From IMG/VR virus record IMGVR_UViG_3300020526_000001: 64,000 nt of DNA; one strand, written 5' to 3'. Both the position numbers and the translations under genes were made by a program. The first letter of the stretch is position 1. The number at the start of each line of letters is the position of its first letter. The DNA comes from an uncultured virus (IMG/VR IMGVR_UViG_3300020526_000001) (Duplodnaviria; Heunggongvirae; Uroviricota; Caudoviricetes). A model generated the notes under the pieces. The model made no database searches and had not been told where the DNA came from. It was given only the letters and a program-made list of their open reading frames with translations. Of this stretch, positions 1-10,477 are shown in pieces.

Positions 1-3000
1 ATTGTTCCTGATGGTGTTTCTATTGTTGGAGATTCTCTAAGAAACACTGTTGTTAGACCTTTAAACGCTGGTGAAGATCTATTCCGTCTAAGGAATGGTT
101 GCTATTTGACAGGATTTGCAATGAAAGATTATGTTGTTGATGGTGTACCTCAACATACATTTGATTATGCAGTTGCATTTGATGATCCATTTGATCCAAC
201 AGTCAGTAGAGTTGGATATGCTGGTAGCATTGTAAATGTTGTTGAAGCATATTATAATAATATTACTGGTATTACTACAATTACAACTGCAGATCCCCAT
301 GGATTAATTAAAGGACAAGTTGCAAGATTGTCTGGACTTGGATTTACTTGTGCATATAATGGTGGAATTGGCACCATTTTCTATCCAGAATCAAATGTAA
401 GTGGCCAACTTGATTTTGATGTTGTTTCTGTTGGATCACCTGTAGAGTTTACAATTAAAGCTGGAATTAGTACAATCCCACATTTTTATGCTGGTGGAGG
501 AACTTCTCGACTAGGAAAGGCAAAAATTACACTATCCCCATATGTACAAAACTGCTCAATTCTTTCATTCATAGGGGCAAATGGTGTTCTAGTTGATGGG
601 TCTAAGATTCAGGATAATAATATTCCAGCAGTCCCAGAAGAAGCAGAAAAACCACCAGTTGGGGATATTCCAACTCAAGGCAAATCGATGGTTGCGAATG
701 CCTTTACTATGGTTTCCTTTGGTGGTATTGGTTGGAGAACAATTAACGATGGATATGCTCAGGTTGTTTCTTGTTTCCAAATCTTCTGCCGTTATGGTTC
801 ACTAACTCAGTCTGGTGGTTACCTATCAATTACCAACTCCGCAACTAACTTTGGTCTATATTCATTAAGATCCACTGGTTTCAGTCCAAACTCATTTACA
901 TTTGATAGGGGAAGAATTGCAGCAACTGGAGTTTCTGGTGGATTACAAACACTTAAAGTGGTTGGTTTGGGAAGATCTGATCAAGATTTATATGTATTAA
1001 GATTCTTCAATAATAATAACAATGATGTAACTTCAAACTTTAAACCACTTATTACAACTCAACAATTTAATGTTGCAAGTTCCATTAATACTGTAACAGA
1101 TACAGTTACAATCCCAGGTCACCCATTCATCAATGGTGAAAGTATCATATATCAAGGAAATGAGGATGCAATTCCAAAACAAGTAATTGACGGTCTAGTA
1201 AGTGGAAACCAGTACTATGTTCTTTATATTGATGCAAGTTCATTCAGACTTTATGAAGATGACAGTTTAACAAGGCTAGTCTCTCTTGGTTCAACATTTG
1301 TTGGTATTAATACATTTATTAAGAATAATCAAGATTTCTTTGCAGTTGAAATTATTGAAGCACATAATAATTATCAAAGAGTAAGTCTTGCATCAACTTC
1401 ATCCACATTAAGATTTGTTTCAGGAAGACAAGTCACTCAGGCGATTAGTGGAGGACAAGCAGTAGGTATTGCTCTAACATACTTGCCAGCAACAAGAACA
1501 CTAATTGTTTCCAACGAAGAAGTTGCTGGTGTAAGAAACATATTCTCTGCTTCCGGTAATGTAATCCAGGATCATAGCGCAGTACCTGTTTCAATTGGAG
1601 TTACTGCAGTAGTAGGAATTAATACTTACTTCACAGTAAACACCAAGGTAGACTCAACAAATCCAGGAAACGTAATTCCAGATATTGGGGATCTACCAGA
1701 AACTTATAAGTTACACTTCCACAGACCATCTATTATCAACTCCTCATCTCATACTTGGGAATATTCGGGGTCTGGTACTGATTATAATGCACTCCCACAA
1801 AACGGAGGTAAAACAGACCCAGCAACTGAACAAGTATTTGAGCAGGGTGGTCGTGTTTATTCTTCTGGTACAAATGAACTTGGTGACTTTAAGATTGGTA
1901 ACTTCATTGTTGCATTTAACAGAACAGGAAACATCATTTTTAACAACAAAGTAACAATTGGTCAGTTAGACTCTCTGAGATTGAGCCTTTCTGGTGGTAC
2001 AGTTATTGAGGAATTTTCTACAGATACAAATCTCGGAGAAACTGAAATTGGTGGTCCACTAAACAGAAGAGTTTCAACTCAACTTGCAGTTAGAACGTTC
2101 TTAAATAACAGACTAGGAGATTTCATTGATCAGAATGTAAGTACTAGTGCGATTCCTAATGCAGTTGTCAAATTGAATGCATCAGGACAGATTAATGCTG
2201 ACCTGATTCCACCTAAAGTTGTTAGTTTTATTACAGTAAATACACTTGGCGGAAGAACATCATTAGTTAACCTCATTCCTGCGGCAAATATTAGGCAAGG
2301 GGATACTGTTGCAGAACCAGAAAATTCCTATGTTTTAGTTCAAGATACAGTACAAGAATTCTTAATTCTTGACAGTTCAACTAGAAATTATAGATTCTTT
2401 AATGGTGATACTGTTGTAAGTACACTATCTGCTGGATCTGCAATTGGTATTGTAACTGCACCAACTTCTGTTGCTTATGGTACAACTGGTTTGGTTAAAG
2501 GTGTTGCTTTAAATCTCAATGCACTTAATGGTGGATCTGGTTACACAACTCCAGGAATTTATACTGGTGTTACATTAGACAGGGCAACTGGTATTGGTAC
2601 TAATATCACAGCAACTATCACAGTTAGTGCTGCTGGAACAGTTTCTAACGTTGCTATTAATACTGGTGGAAGAGGTTATACTGTTGGTGATATTTTAACA
2701 CTTAATACTCCAGCACTAATTGGAGGAAGAACTGGTGGTTCAAACTTCCAAATTTCCGTTTCTAATGTTGAGACTAGACTATATCTAAGACTCACAAATA
2801 ATCAGAAATTCCCAGGTTCAATTGTTGTTCCAGACTTTATTGTAGATAACGATGCGGTAGCAATCTCTACAAGTTTGAGAGTTGGTGTCGGAAGAACATT
2901 TAATCCAACTGATACAAATACCGATGGAAGTGTAGACTTCTTCAATAATAGAATTCTATTGACATCAATTCCATTTAGTAATGGTGACCCAGTTGTCTAT

Positions 3001-4233
3001 AGCAACGGTGGGGGAAATACTGTCGGTGGTCTCATATCTGGAAGTACATACTACATTAAGAGAGTTGGAATTACATCAGTAGAATTGCATAATACTTATG
3101 CATTGTCATCTGCAATTTCATTGACATCAAGTGGAAGTGGGACTCATGAATTAATAAGATATCCAATTAATGAAAATAGAGATACTTTTGTATTTGCAAA
3201 TCATGGACTTGCAACTGGTGATGCAATTAGAGTTACTGGTTCTACTCCTACGGGAATTACAACTGGTGCCTTCTTCTATGTTGGATCTGCAACAACAAAC
3301 TCATTTACATTCCACACAACTCAATCAGATTCAACTCAATCGACTAACGGTGTAACTCTAAATGCAGTTGGTATCACTTCAGTTGGAATTGGAACTACTG
3401 TTATAATTACAAGACAGAATGTTAGATATTCTGCAACAGTAAATACCTCTTCCGCACTTCTATCAAATTGGTCACTACTTGCCAAATCTGATATTGATGC
3501 TGCTAATATTATTTCGGGAACTATTTCTCCAACAAGACTTGGTTCTGGATCTGCAACTCAGGATACCTTCTTGGCAGGTAATTCTGCATACCAAAGAGTT
3601 ATTAAGAGTGTTGGAATTGGAACTACTCAGCCAATTCAAGCAACTGCAACAAGTTTTATATCAGCTCCAGGTGGTGTTGGAGTTAATACTTATTATGGTG
3701 ATATTAATATCTCACTAAATCGTGTTGCTTCATCTTCTGATACATTCTCAACTCTTGGTGTTTCCAGATTCAAGACATCAACATTCTCAATTGGTGCTGA
3801 TGGTCAAGTAAGCATTAGGAACTCTGCTACGGGTGATGTTGATGCATCAACTCTTGGAGGACAAACCCCAGCATATTTCATCGATCCTGCAAATCTATCT
3901 GCTGCTGTACCAATCACTAGGGGTGGAACTGGATTAACTGGTCTTCCAGCACTTGGAGCAATCCTAATTGGTAATGGAAGTGCATTCAACCAAACAACAA
4001 GTCCAACTTTCACAGGAAACGTTGTATTTAATAATGGCATTGCGATTAGTGGTATAGTAACAGCAACAAGATTTGTATCTAACGTTGCTCAGGGAACTGC
4101 TCCAATCTCTGTTGGTTCTTCAACTCTTGTTACCAATTTAAACGCAGACTTTGTTGATGGGTTAAATGCAAACAACATTACTGATCAGATTAATAGAGCA
4201 AGAACATTTGCTTACTTTATGGGTATTTCATAG
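1..4233 (+). CDS. Large tail fibre / virion structural protein, 5' truncated
   Basis: Frame is open from base 1 (IVPDGVSIVGDSLRNTVVRP...). It is G/S/T/V-rich with beta-helix-like N-terminal segments, GGSGYT repeats and a fibre-type C-terminus (VTNLNADFVDG). Confidence 0.75.
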   Translation: MVPDGVSIVGDSLRNTVVRPLNAGEDLFRLRNGCYLTGFAMKDYVVDGVPQHTFDYAVAFDDPFDPTVSRVGYAGSIVNVVEAYYNNITGITTITTADPHGLIKGQVARLSGLGFTCAYNGGIGTIFYPESNVSGQLDFDVVSVGSPVEFTIKAGISTIPHFYAGGGTSRLGKAKITLSPYVQNCSILSFIGANGVLVDGSKIQDNNIPAVPEEAEKPPVGDIPTQGKSMVANAFTMVSFGGIGWRTINDGYAQVVSCFQIFCRYGSLTQSGGYLSITNSATNFGLYSLRSTGFSPNSFTFDRGRIAATGVSGGLQTLKVVGLGRSDQDLYVLRFFNNNNNDVTSNFKPLITTQQFNVASSINTVTDTVTIPGHPFINGESIIYQGNEDAIPKQVIDGLVSGNQYYVLYIDASSFRLYEDDSLTRLVSLGSTFVGINTFIKNNQDFFAVEIIEAHNNYQRVSLASTSSTLRFVSGRQVTQAISGGQAVGIALTYLPATRTLIVSNEEVAGVRNIFSASGNVIQDHSAVPVSIGVTAVVGINTYFTVNTKVDSTNPGNVIPDIGDLPETYKLHFHRPSIINSSSHTWEYSGSGTDYNALPQNGGKTDPATEQVFEQGGRVYSSGTNELGDFKIGNFIVAFNRTGNIIFNNKVTIGQLDSLRLSLSGGTVIEEFSTDTNLGETEIGGPLNRRVSTQLAVRTFLNNRLGDFIDQNVSTSAIPNAVVKLNASGQINADLIPPKVVSFITVNTLGGRTSLVNLIPAANIRQGDTVAEPENSYVLVQDTVQEFLILDSSTRNYRFFNGDTVVSTLSAGSAIGIVTAPTSVAYGTTGLVKGVALNLNALNGGSGYTTPGIYTGVTLDRATGIGTNITATITVSAAGTVSNVAINTGGRGYTVGDILTLNTPALIGGRTGGSNFQISVSNVETRLYLRLTNNQKFPGSIVVPDFIVDNDAVAISTSLRVGVGRTFNPTDTNTDGSVDFFNNRILLTSIPFSNGDPVVYSNGGGNTVGGLISGSTYYIKRVGITSVELHNTYALSSAISLTSSGSGTHELIRYPINENRDTFVFANHGLATGDAIRVTGSTPTGITTGAFFYVGSATTNSFTFHTTQSDSTQSTNGVTLNAVGITSVGIGTTVIITRQNVRYSATVNTSSALLSNWSLLAKSDIDAANIISGTISPTRLGSGSATQDTFLAGNSAYQRVIKSVGIGTTQPIQATATSFISAPGGVGVNTYYGDINISLNRVASSSDTFSTLGVSRFKTSTFSIGADGQVSIRNSATGDVDASTLGGQTPAYFIDPANLSAAVPITRGGTGLTGLPALGAILIGNGSAFNQTTSPTFTGNVVFNNGIAISGIVTATRFVSNVAQGTAPISVGSSTLVTNLNADFVDGLNANNITDQINRARTFAYFMGIS

Positions 4234-4237
4234 TTGT

Positions 4238-4245
4238 TATAAATA
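4238..4245 (+). promoter_or_regulatory. T4-type late (gp55) promoter TATAAATA
   Basis: Exact consensus upstream of the 4282 ORF. Confidence 0.75.
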
Positions 4246-4281
4246 AAAATAAGGAAAACTTTAATTAATGAATGAATAAAT

Positions 4282-4599
4282 ATGTCTGGAATTTTAGGAC
4301 AATCTGCCCCATTGGCAGCAACTAACACAACTATTTACACTGTCCCTGCCAATACGCATGTAGTGGCAAATATTAGTATTGCAAATAGAGCATCCACTGC
4401 TGTCACTGTTCGTATTGCATTGGCAGCAGCACCAACTCCAACAAATGCTGAGTTCATTGAATTTGATACTACTATTCCAGGATTTGGTGTCTTGGAAAGA
4501 ACGGGTCTTTCACTTCAATCTGGTAGATTAGTTGTAGTATTTGCAAGTAATGCGAATACCTCAGTTTCGTTATATGGAATTGTGCAGTCCACCGTGTAA
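4282..4599 (+). CDS. Small tail-fibre-associated beta-rich protein
   Basis: TTIYTVPA...NR...VRIA pattern; lies directly after the fibre gene. Confidence 0.55.
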   Translation: MSGILGQSAPLAATNTTIYTVPANTHVVANISIANRASTAVTVRIALAAAPTPTNAEFIEFDTTIPGFGVLERTGLSLQSGRLVVVFASNANTSVSLYGIVQSTV

Positions 4600-4612
4600 G
4601 GAGGAAACTTAA

Positions 4613-4885
4613 ATGGCAAGGTATATTGGAAATATTCCATATAGAGACCCAGACGAAGAAGCATATAACTTTAGAACAAGACCGTATGCTCGTTCTACTG
4701 ATATGACGTTGGATGGTAATGGAAGGGTATCTTCTGTTACTTATGGTGATAAAATACTATCAAGTCTTACATACGACATAGAAAACAAAGTCACAGGTTA
4801 TGTTGAAACTATAGGGTCTTCTTCATATACATTCACTATAACATATAATGCTGATGGTGATGTAACTTCAGTCACGAGGACATAA
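4613..4885 (+). CDS. Hypothetical protein with YD-like repeats
   Basis: AGGAGG RBS; TYD.ENKVT and TYNADGDVT motifs. Confidence 0.55.
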   Translation: MARYIGNIPYRDPDEEAYNFRTRPYARSTDMTLDGNGRVSSVTYGDKILSSLTYDIENKVTGYVETIGSSSYTFTITYNADGDVTSVTRT

Positions 4886-4887
4886 AG

Positions 4888-5946
4888 ATGTCAATAGACG
4901 TTTTAGCATATAATTCATTAAGTGCTGAGATTAAACCCCTAAGAAATGCAGTTAATGCATTGCAATGTTGCATTGATACAACAAATGCATCAATATCTGC
5001 AGTTCAAGGTTCTATTACTACACAACTTGCTTGCTGTGCTTGTGTAGAGGCACAAGTTGCAGCAAATGCCACGTCCTTAGTTGCAAATGCAGGACCAAAT
5101 CAAGCTCATTTGTGGTGTTTAATACCAACTGGTTCCAGTTGGACTGGAGGTGTTTTAGTTTGCGATACATCTGGAAATTTTAGATGTGGTGCAACTTGTA
5201 CTTGGACAGTTCCGGGTGGTGTAACTTGTGCTAGATTCCAAATATGGGGTGCTGGTGGTGGAAGTGGGGCCGCTGGATGCTGTGGTGGATCAGTATTTGG
5301 ATCTACAGGTGCATATGCTTCTGTTATAATTCCAGTAAGTGCTGGGCAAGTATATACCCTTTGTGCTGGTTGTGCTGCTCAGTGCTATCCAACTAGACTC
5401 TCAGGAACTGGAAGATTTCCTGGTTGTCCATCATTCGTACTAGGAACTGGTTTGTCAAACTTTTGTGCCAATGGTGGACAAGGAAGAATGGGAACTTGGA
5501 TGCAAATGTATGGCAGAAGAAATCCAAGAAGACTTGCAAACGTTACTTGGAACTACGGGTGGTGTTTGTGCGGTCAAGGAACTAATTTTTGTGCTGCGGT
5601 TAGCAATTCCCGCAGTGGTGGTGAAATACCTTATGTTGCTGGGGCATCTTATTTTGGATCAACAACAAATAATTCATTAGTATACGGAATTCGTGGAATG
5701 TGGAACAGAGCTTGTTGGGAACCTTTTCAAGGATATTTCGTGCATCCACCAATTTATGGATTTGAATCAACTTCTCAATGTTGTTTTACTTGGACTGCTA
5801 CTTGTTGTGGGAGAACTTGTTCTGCTTGTTGTGGCTTTTTAGCAATACCTGGAGCTGGTGGGGTACCAAGTACTTCCACATTTCAAAATTATGGAGCTTG
5901 TGGAGATATGGGGAAAGGAGGAATGGTTTGCGTTTGCTTTAGATAA
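4888..5946 (+). CDS. Cys/Gly-rich putative tail-fibre-associated protein
   Basis: N-terminal coiled coil, WTVPGGVT..RFQIWGAGGG glycine-rich domain, about 30 Cys. Confidence 0.6.
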   Translation: MSIDVLAYNSLSAEIKPLRNAVNALQCCIDTTNASISAVQGSITTQLACCACVEAQVAANATSLVANAGPNQAHLWCLIPTGSSWTGGVLVCDTSGNFRCGATCTWTVPGGVTCARFQIWGAGGGSGAAGCCGGSVFGSTGAYASVIIPVSAGQVYTLCAGCAAQCYPTRLSGTGRFPGCPSFVLGTGLSNFCANGGQGRMGTWMQMYGRRNPRRLANVTWNYGWCLCGQGTNFCAAVSNSRSGGEIPYVAGASYFGSTTNNSLVYGIRGMWNRACWEPFQGYFVHPPIYGFESTSQCCFTWTATCCGRTCSACCGFLAIPGAGGVPSTSTFQNYGACGDMGKGGMVCVCFR

Positions 5947-5966
5947 TTTAAATTATTTTTTATATT

Positions 5967-6662
5967 ATGCATTTATTTTTATTATCAATAAACAACTCAG
6001 GATCAAGCATCCTCTATGAAAAGATAAGACAGTCAAAATATACAACAACTTTACCCGATGAAGGGCAGTTTATACGGGGGTTTTCTGGACCAAATCCATT
6101 TGTATTAAACTGCCCTTATATGTTCTCTGAACGATATCATGATTTTTCTTTAGAAAAAAATTATGATTGGTTTTCAATAAAAACTCTTTGGAATTCTTTT
6201 TGGGAAGAAGATTTAATTAAAGTTGAAAAATCTCCTCCAAATGTCGTAAGAGCACATATGCTCAAAAGACATTTTGAAAACTCGGAATTTATCATCCAAG
6301 TTAGAAATCCATATCAAATTGTAACTTCAATTTTAAAATTAAGACCCGACATTTCAATTGAAAGATCCTGTGCTCATGTTGCATCTTGTTTTTTTGAGCA
6401 GTATAAAAATTATTTTTCATATACCGATAGAGTTGTAAAATATGAAGATATGATTTATGATAAAAATAAAATTAATAATATTTTTAAAGATCTAGGTATA
6501 AAAGATTTTGATTTAAATTCCGAAAGTAATCCAGTAAAGCACTATAAAGAAAATAAAATTACAAACTTTGATAAAAAAATTCCAGATGATGTTTTTAAAA
6601 TAGGGAAAGAAATATTTCAAGCAGTTAAATCTGAAATTAATTTTTTTGGGTACGATTTATGA
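5967..6662 (+). CDS. Sulfotransferase-family protein
   Basis: NNSGSSIL PAPS-binding-loop-like motif, plus EKSP, RNP and VKYED. Confidence 0.65.
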   Translation: MHLFLLSINNSGSSILYEKIRQSKYTTTLPDEGQFIRGFSGPNPFVLNCPYMFSERYHDFSLEKNYDWFSIKTLWNSFWEEDLIKVEKSPPNVVRAHMLKRHFENSEFIIQVRNPYQIVTSILKLRPDISIERSCAHVASCFFEQYKNYFSYTDRVVKYEDMIYDKNKINNIFKDLGIKDFDLNSESNPVKHYKENKITNFDKKIPDDVFKIGKEIFQAVKSEINFFGYDL

Positions 6663-7222
6663 AATTTGAAATTAAAGAACTATGCGATGTTGATGCAGAT
6701 TTATCTAATTCATTGCTAGATTCTATAGATAAAGATCATTGGAAAATTAATACAACCAGACAGAAAGTATATGAAGTTCATAGATTTACTGAAACAATCC
6801 GTTTGAGACACGTAAAGAATTTGGATTTTAATAACTTTAAATTTGTAAATTATGAAATGTTTGACTTCTATAAACCAGTTATAGACAAATATTTAAAAAT
6901 CATATCAAAATACTTCGAAATAAAAGATTATACTGCTTTGATTGTTAACCTCAAACCAAAAGGAATGATTGATACTCATACTGATGGTGGAAGTAGATAT
7001 TTTCAATTAGGACATAGATTGCATATTCCGATTAAAACAAATGAGAATGTATTTTTTACTGTTGGTAATATGAGAGAAAATATGAAGGTGGGAAAGATTT
7101 ATGAGATTGATAATCTAAATTCTCATAGTGTAGAAAATCACAGTACAGAAAATAGAATTCATTTAATTATGGACATTTTTGATAAAAATATTAAAGAATT
7201 TCCAGAATATTGGATGAATTAA
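6659..7222 (+). CDS. Aspartyl/asparaginyl beta-hydroxylase-like 2OG-Fe(II) oxygenase
   Basis: HTD...RLHIPI...HSVEN...RIHLIMD. Confidence 0.75.
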   Translation: MKFEIKELCDVDADLSNSLLDSIDKDHWKINTTRQKVYEVHRFTETIRLRHVKNLDFNNFKFVNYEMFDFYKPVIDKYLKIISKYFEIKDYTALIVNLKPKGMIDTHTDGGSRYFQLGHRLHIPIKTNENVFFTVGNMRENMKVGKIYEIDNLNSHSVENHSTENRIHLIMDIFDKNIKEFPEYWMN

Positions 7223-7277
7223 ACAGTAATAAATAATTTTGATATTGACATAATAAACCATTGAGGATTTATCTTGA

Positions 7278-8372
7278 ATGAATAAGGCATTTTTTATTAA
7301 TGGTGGTGCAGGGAGAGTTCTTTGTTCTATGCCAGCATTAGAATCATACGCAGAGAAACATGAAGACTTTATAATTGTTTCTGAGGGATGGAATGAACTT
7401 TACTCTTGCAGTAAAGTTTTAAGAGATAAAGTTTATCCAGTAAATCATAAAGATCTTTTCGAAAAGCACCTAAAAGATAAAGAAATCATATCCCCAGAAC
7501 CTTACAGATTAAATGCATACTTTAATCAAAAATGCAATTTAATCCAAGCATTTGATATAATTATTAATGAATTAACAGAAATACCCAAAAACAAAAAGAT
7601 AAATTTAGAATTAAATAAAGCAGAGCAAATTACAGGGTATAATATTGTTAATGAAGTTAGAGAAGTAGCAAAAAAAGATAAAATTGTTGTTTTTCAACCA
7701 TTTGGAAGTACTGTTCAAGCAGAAAGAAATTTTATATTTGATGCAAGTGGAAGAAGTTTTGAAGTTGCCAATGTTATTAAAATAATTGAAGAGTTGAAAA
7801 AAAATTATGGTGTAATATTGATGTCCCAAGTAGAAATACCAAATTGGCAGGAACTTGGAATAGCAATGCCCCAAAATGTTAGTTTACCCCAATGGGCAGG
7901 AATTATAAATGCTGCTGATTATTTTCTAGGGTGTGATAGTGTAGGTCAGCATATTTCTTATGCATTAAATAAACCATCAACAATCGTAGTTGGATCAACT
8001 TATCCTGAAAATATTTCATATCCAAATGAAAAAAATTTCCAAGTCATTGATAATGGAAAAAATAAAAGAAAATATAGTCCAATTAGAATGACTTTTGATG
8101 ACTGTAGGGATAGAAACAACGAAGATCTTATGGTTCTTACAGATGATAAAATTAAGGAAATAGTAAAATCTATCCGAGATAAAATTGGTATAAGTAAAGT
8201 GAGCAATGAAACCCTTAAGTTAAATGGTCTATCGGGTAAAACTGAAATCAGTAAATTAAATCCCACATCAAATTTACCAATAACCAATTTTAATGGTTTT
8301 CAAAAACCAAAATTGTCAAATAAAAAGAAACCAATAGAACAAATCTTAGAAATAAACGACATTAAATCTTGA
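7278..8372 (+). CDS. Glycosyltransferase, GT9 (heptosyltransferase)-like
   Basis: INAADYFLGCDSVGQHISYALNKPSTIVVGST matches the GT9 DSG..H.A.A...P...L.G.T signature; adjacent to heptose genes. Confidence 0.65.
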   Translation: MNKAFFINGGAGRVLCSMPALESYAEKHEDFIIVSEGWNELYSCSKVLRDKVYPVNHKDLFEKHLKDKEIISPEPYRLNAYFNQKCNLIQAFDIIINELTEIPKNKKINLELNKAEQITGYNIVNEVREVAKKDKIVVFQPFGSTVQAERNFIFDASGRSFEVANVIKIIEELKKNYGVILMSQVEIPNWQELGIAMPQNVSLPQWAGIINAADYFLGCDSVGQHISYALNKPSTIVVGSTYPENISYPNEKNFQVIDNGKNKRKYSPIRMTFDDCRDRNNEDLMVLTDDKIKEIVKSIRDKIGISKVSNETLKLNGLSGKTEISKLNPTSNLPITNFNGFQKPKLSNKKKPIEQILEINDIKS

Positions 8373-8384
8373 GGAGGTAAAATT

Positions 8385-10079
8385 ATGAGTATTATTGTTT
8401 CTTGTGCTCGTGGGCATAATGCCAGCACCACTTTGCTTATTGATGGTAAAGTAATCTTTTATGTTGAAGAGGAAAGACTTTCTAGATGGAAGCATGATGG
8501 AACACCTCTTCTTGGATTGTTAAAGGTTTTTGAATATGTAGATCATATTGATCATCTAGTAGTCTGTCATACCCATAGACATGGACCAGAAATGGATTGG
8601 ACTGGAGAGGATTTATATCAGGGATGGATTCGTAAACTTTCTCGCAAAAAGTTTGAATATCAAACTCATTTTATTGATACCATTCATCATGAATTGCACG
8701 CTTCTTGTGCATTTTTGAATTCAGGATTTGAGACTGCTGCTTGCGTAATTGCGGATGGTGCAGGTAGTTTCTTGCAAAGTGACGCATTTTCTGGTATTGC
8801 ATATGAATTTGAAACAATTTTTAAAGCAAAATATCCTTTAGAATTTGATACTGTATATAAACATCTCGGAACAAAAGAACCATATGGTATTTTAGATATG
8901 GGAGGAGATGGGAAATATTTCTTAACTGAATATCCAGGTCTCACTAAGACATATGAGGCAATTACAGAATATTGTGGTTTTTCTTGCATTGACGCAGGAA
9001 AAACTATGGGTCTTTCTCCTTATGGTAAAGAAAATTTAGATCTTCCGGAATTGTTTAGGGGTAAATGGGCAAACCGAGAAGTTTTTGTTCCAAACTATCC
9101 TAATGGATCTCGAATTAATTACGAAAGATTTCCTATCTTATTTGAAGATTCCAAGAATCATAAGAAAGGTGAATATACTCAGATCCAAAAAGATATGGCA
9201 TATTCTATCCAAAAGGAAACTGAAAATCGTATGATTGAATTGATTCGTAAAGCACACGAAGAAACTGGTGAAAAAAATATTGTCGTTTGTGGTGGATATG
9301 GTTTAAATTGTGTTGCAAACTATAAGTACTGGAAAGAATTCCCAGACCTAAACATTTACTGTGAACCCATTTCTCACGACGGTGGAACATCTATTGGTGC
9401 TGCAAAATACATGTATGCCAAGATAAATGATCTTGAAGGACCGATAAATCCTCAGACTTCAATTTATTATGGTCCACAATATGATCCAGATACTTATGAA
9501 GATTATCTGGAGGGTCTAGAAGTTTCAGATACCTCTTATGATGATGTTGCTAAACTAATTCGTGAAGGGACAATCGTAACTATTTTCCAAGGAAGGTCTG
9601 AAGGTGGCCCAAGAGCACTTGGCAACCGATCAATACTATTTGATCCCACGATCAAAGATGGAAAGGACATTGTAAACCAAGTAAAACGTCGTGAGTTTTT
9701 TCGTCCCTTTGCCTGTTCGATTCTGAAAGAAAAAGTGAATGAATGGTTTGATCTTGCAGGTCGTGAAGAATCTCCACATATGATGTATGCAGTTGATTGT
9801 CTACCTGGTGTAGAAGAAAAGATCCCCTCAGTGATTCACGTTGATGGAACCTGCCGTATTCAGACAGTAACCCAAGAGCAAAATGAACACTACTATAATC
9901 TGATTAGTTCTTTTGAAAAACTAAGTGAAGTTCCCATCCTCTTCAATACTTCATTTAATCTTGGTGGTGATCCTCTTGTAGAGACTATTACTGATGCGAT
10001 TGATACTCTACAAAGAAGTGATATTGAATATCTCTATCTTCCTGAGATTCAGAAACTAGTTAAAGTTCCTAACGAATGA
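8385..10079 (+). CDS. Carbamoyltransferase (NodU/CmcH family)
   Basis: EEERLSR.KH, HHELHA, GGYGLNC..N, EGGPRALGNRS, VKRRE.FRPFA, HVDGTCR.QTV, NTSFN. Confidence 0.92.
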   Translation: MSIIVSCARGHNASTTLLIDGKVIFYVEEERLSRWKHDGTPLLGLLKVFEYVDHIDHLVVCHTHRHGPEMDWTGEDLYQGWIRKLSRKKFEYQTHFIDTIHHELHASCAFLNSGFETAACVIADGAGSFLQSDAFSGIAYEFETIFKAKYPLEFDTVYKHLGTKEPYGILDMGGDGKYFLTEYPGLTKTYEAITEYCGFSCIDAGKTMGLSPYGKENLDLPELFRGKWANREVFVPNYPNGSRINYERFPILFEDSKNHKKGEYTQIQKDMAYSIQKETENRMIELIRKAHEETGEKNIVVCGGYGLNCVANYKYWKEFPDLNIYCEPISHDGGTSIGAAKYMYAKINDLEGPINPQTSIYYGPQYDPDTYEDYLEGLEVSDTSYDDVAKLIREGTIVTIFQGRSEGGPRALGNRSILFDPTIKDGKDIVNQVKRREFFRPFACSILKEKVNEWFDLAGREESPHMMYAVDCLPGVEEKIPSVIHVDGTCRIQTVTQEQNEHYYNLISSFEKLSEVPILFNTSFNLGGDPLVETITDAIDTLQRSDIEYLYLPEIQKLVKVPNE

Positions 10080-10477
10080 AAACTGTTTTTGTAAATGGAA
10101 CATTTGATGTCCTACACACAGGACATCTTTTGCTATTTGAATATGCAAAGTCTTTCGGAGATCATTTAATTGTTGCAATTGATTCCGACGAGAGAATTAA
10201 AGAAAAAAAGGGACCAACAAGACCCATCAACTCTCTCTGGGATCGTGCTTTTATGCTATCTAATTTATATCACGTTGATGAAGTTAGGACATTTGACTCC
10301 GATGAAGACCTAGAAGAACTTGTGAAATACTACAAACCTGATATAATGGTGGTAGGATCTGATTGGAAAGATAAACCAGTCATAGGTTCTCAATATGCAA
10401 AAGAATTAAAGTTTTTTGATAGAATAGATGAATACTCCTCAACAAAAACAATTCAAAGTATTATTGATAGGAGATAG
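10076..10477 (+). CDS. Heptose-1-phosphate nucleotidyltransferase (HldE/RfaE domain II-like)
   Basis: NGTFDVLHTGH, DSD..I...KG..RP, GSDW, C-terminal YSST. Confidence 0.85.
   Translation: MKTVFVNGTFDVLHTGHLLLFEYAKSFGDHLIVAIDSDERIKEKKGPTRPINSLWDRAFMLSNLYHVDEVRTFDSDEDLEELVKYYKPDIMVVGSDWKDKPVIGSQYAKELKFFDRIDEYSSTKTIQSIIDRR

Noticed and set aside
10428..10477. Programmed frameshift fusing the two HldE-like domains
   Set aside because: The 50-bp overlap has its own ATG and no convincing slippery site or stimulatory structure.
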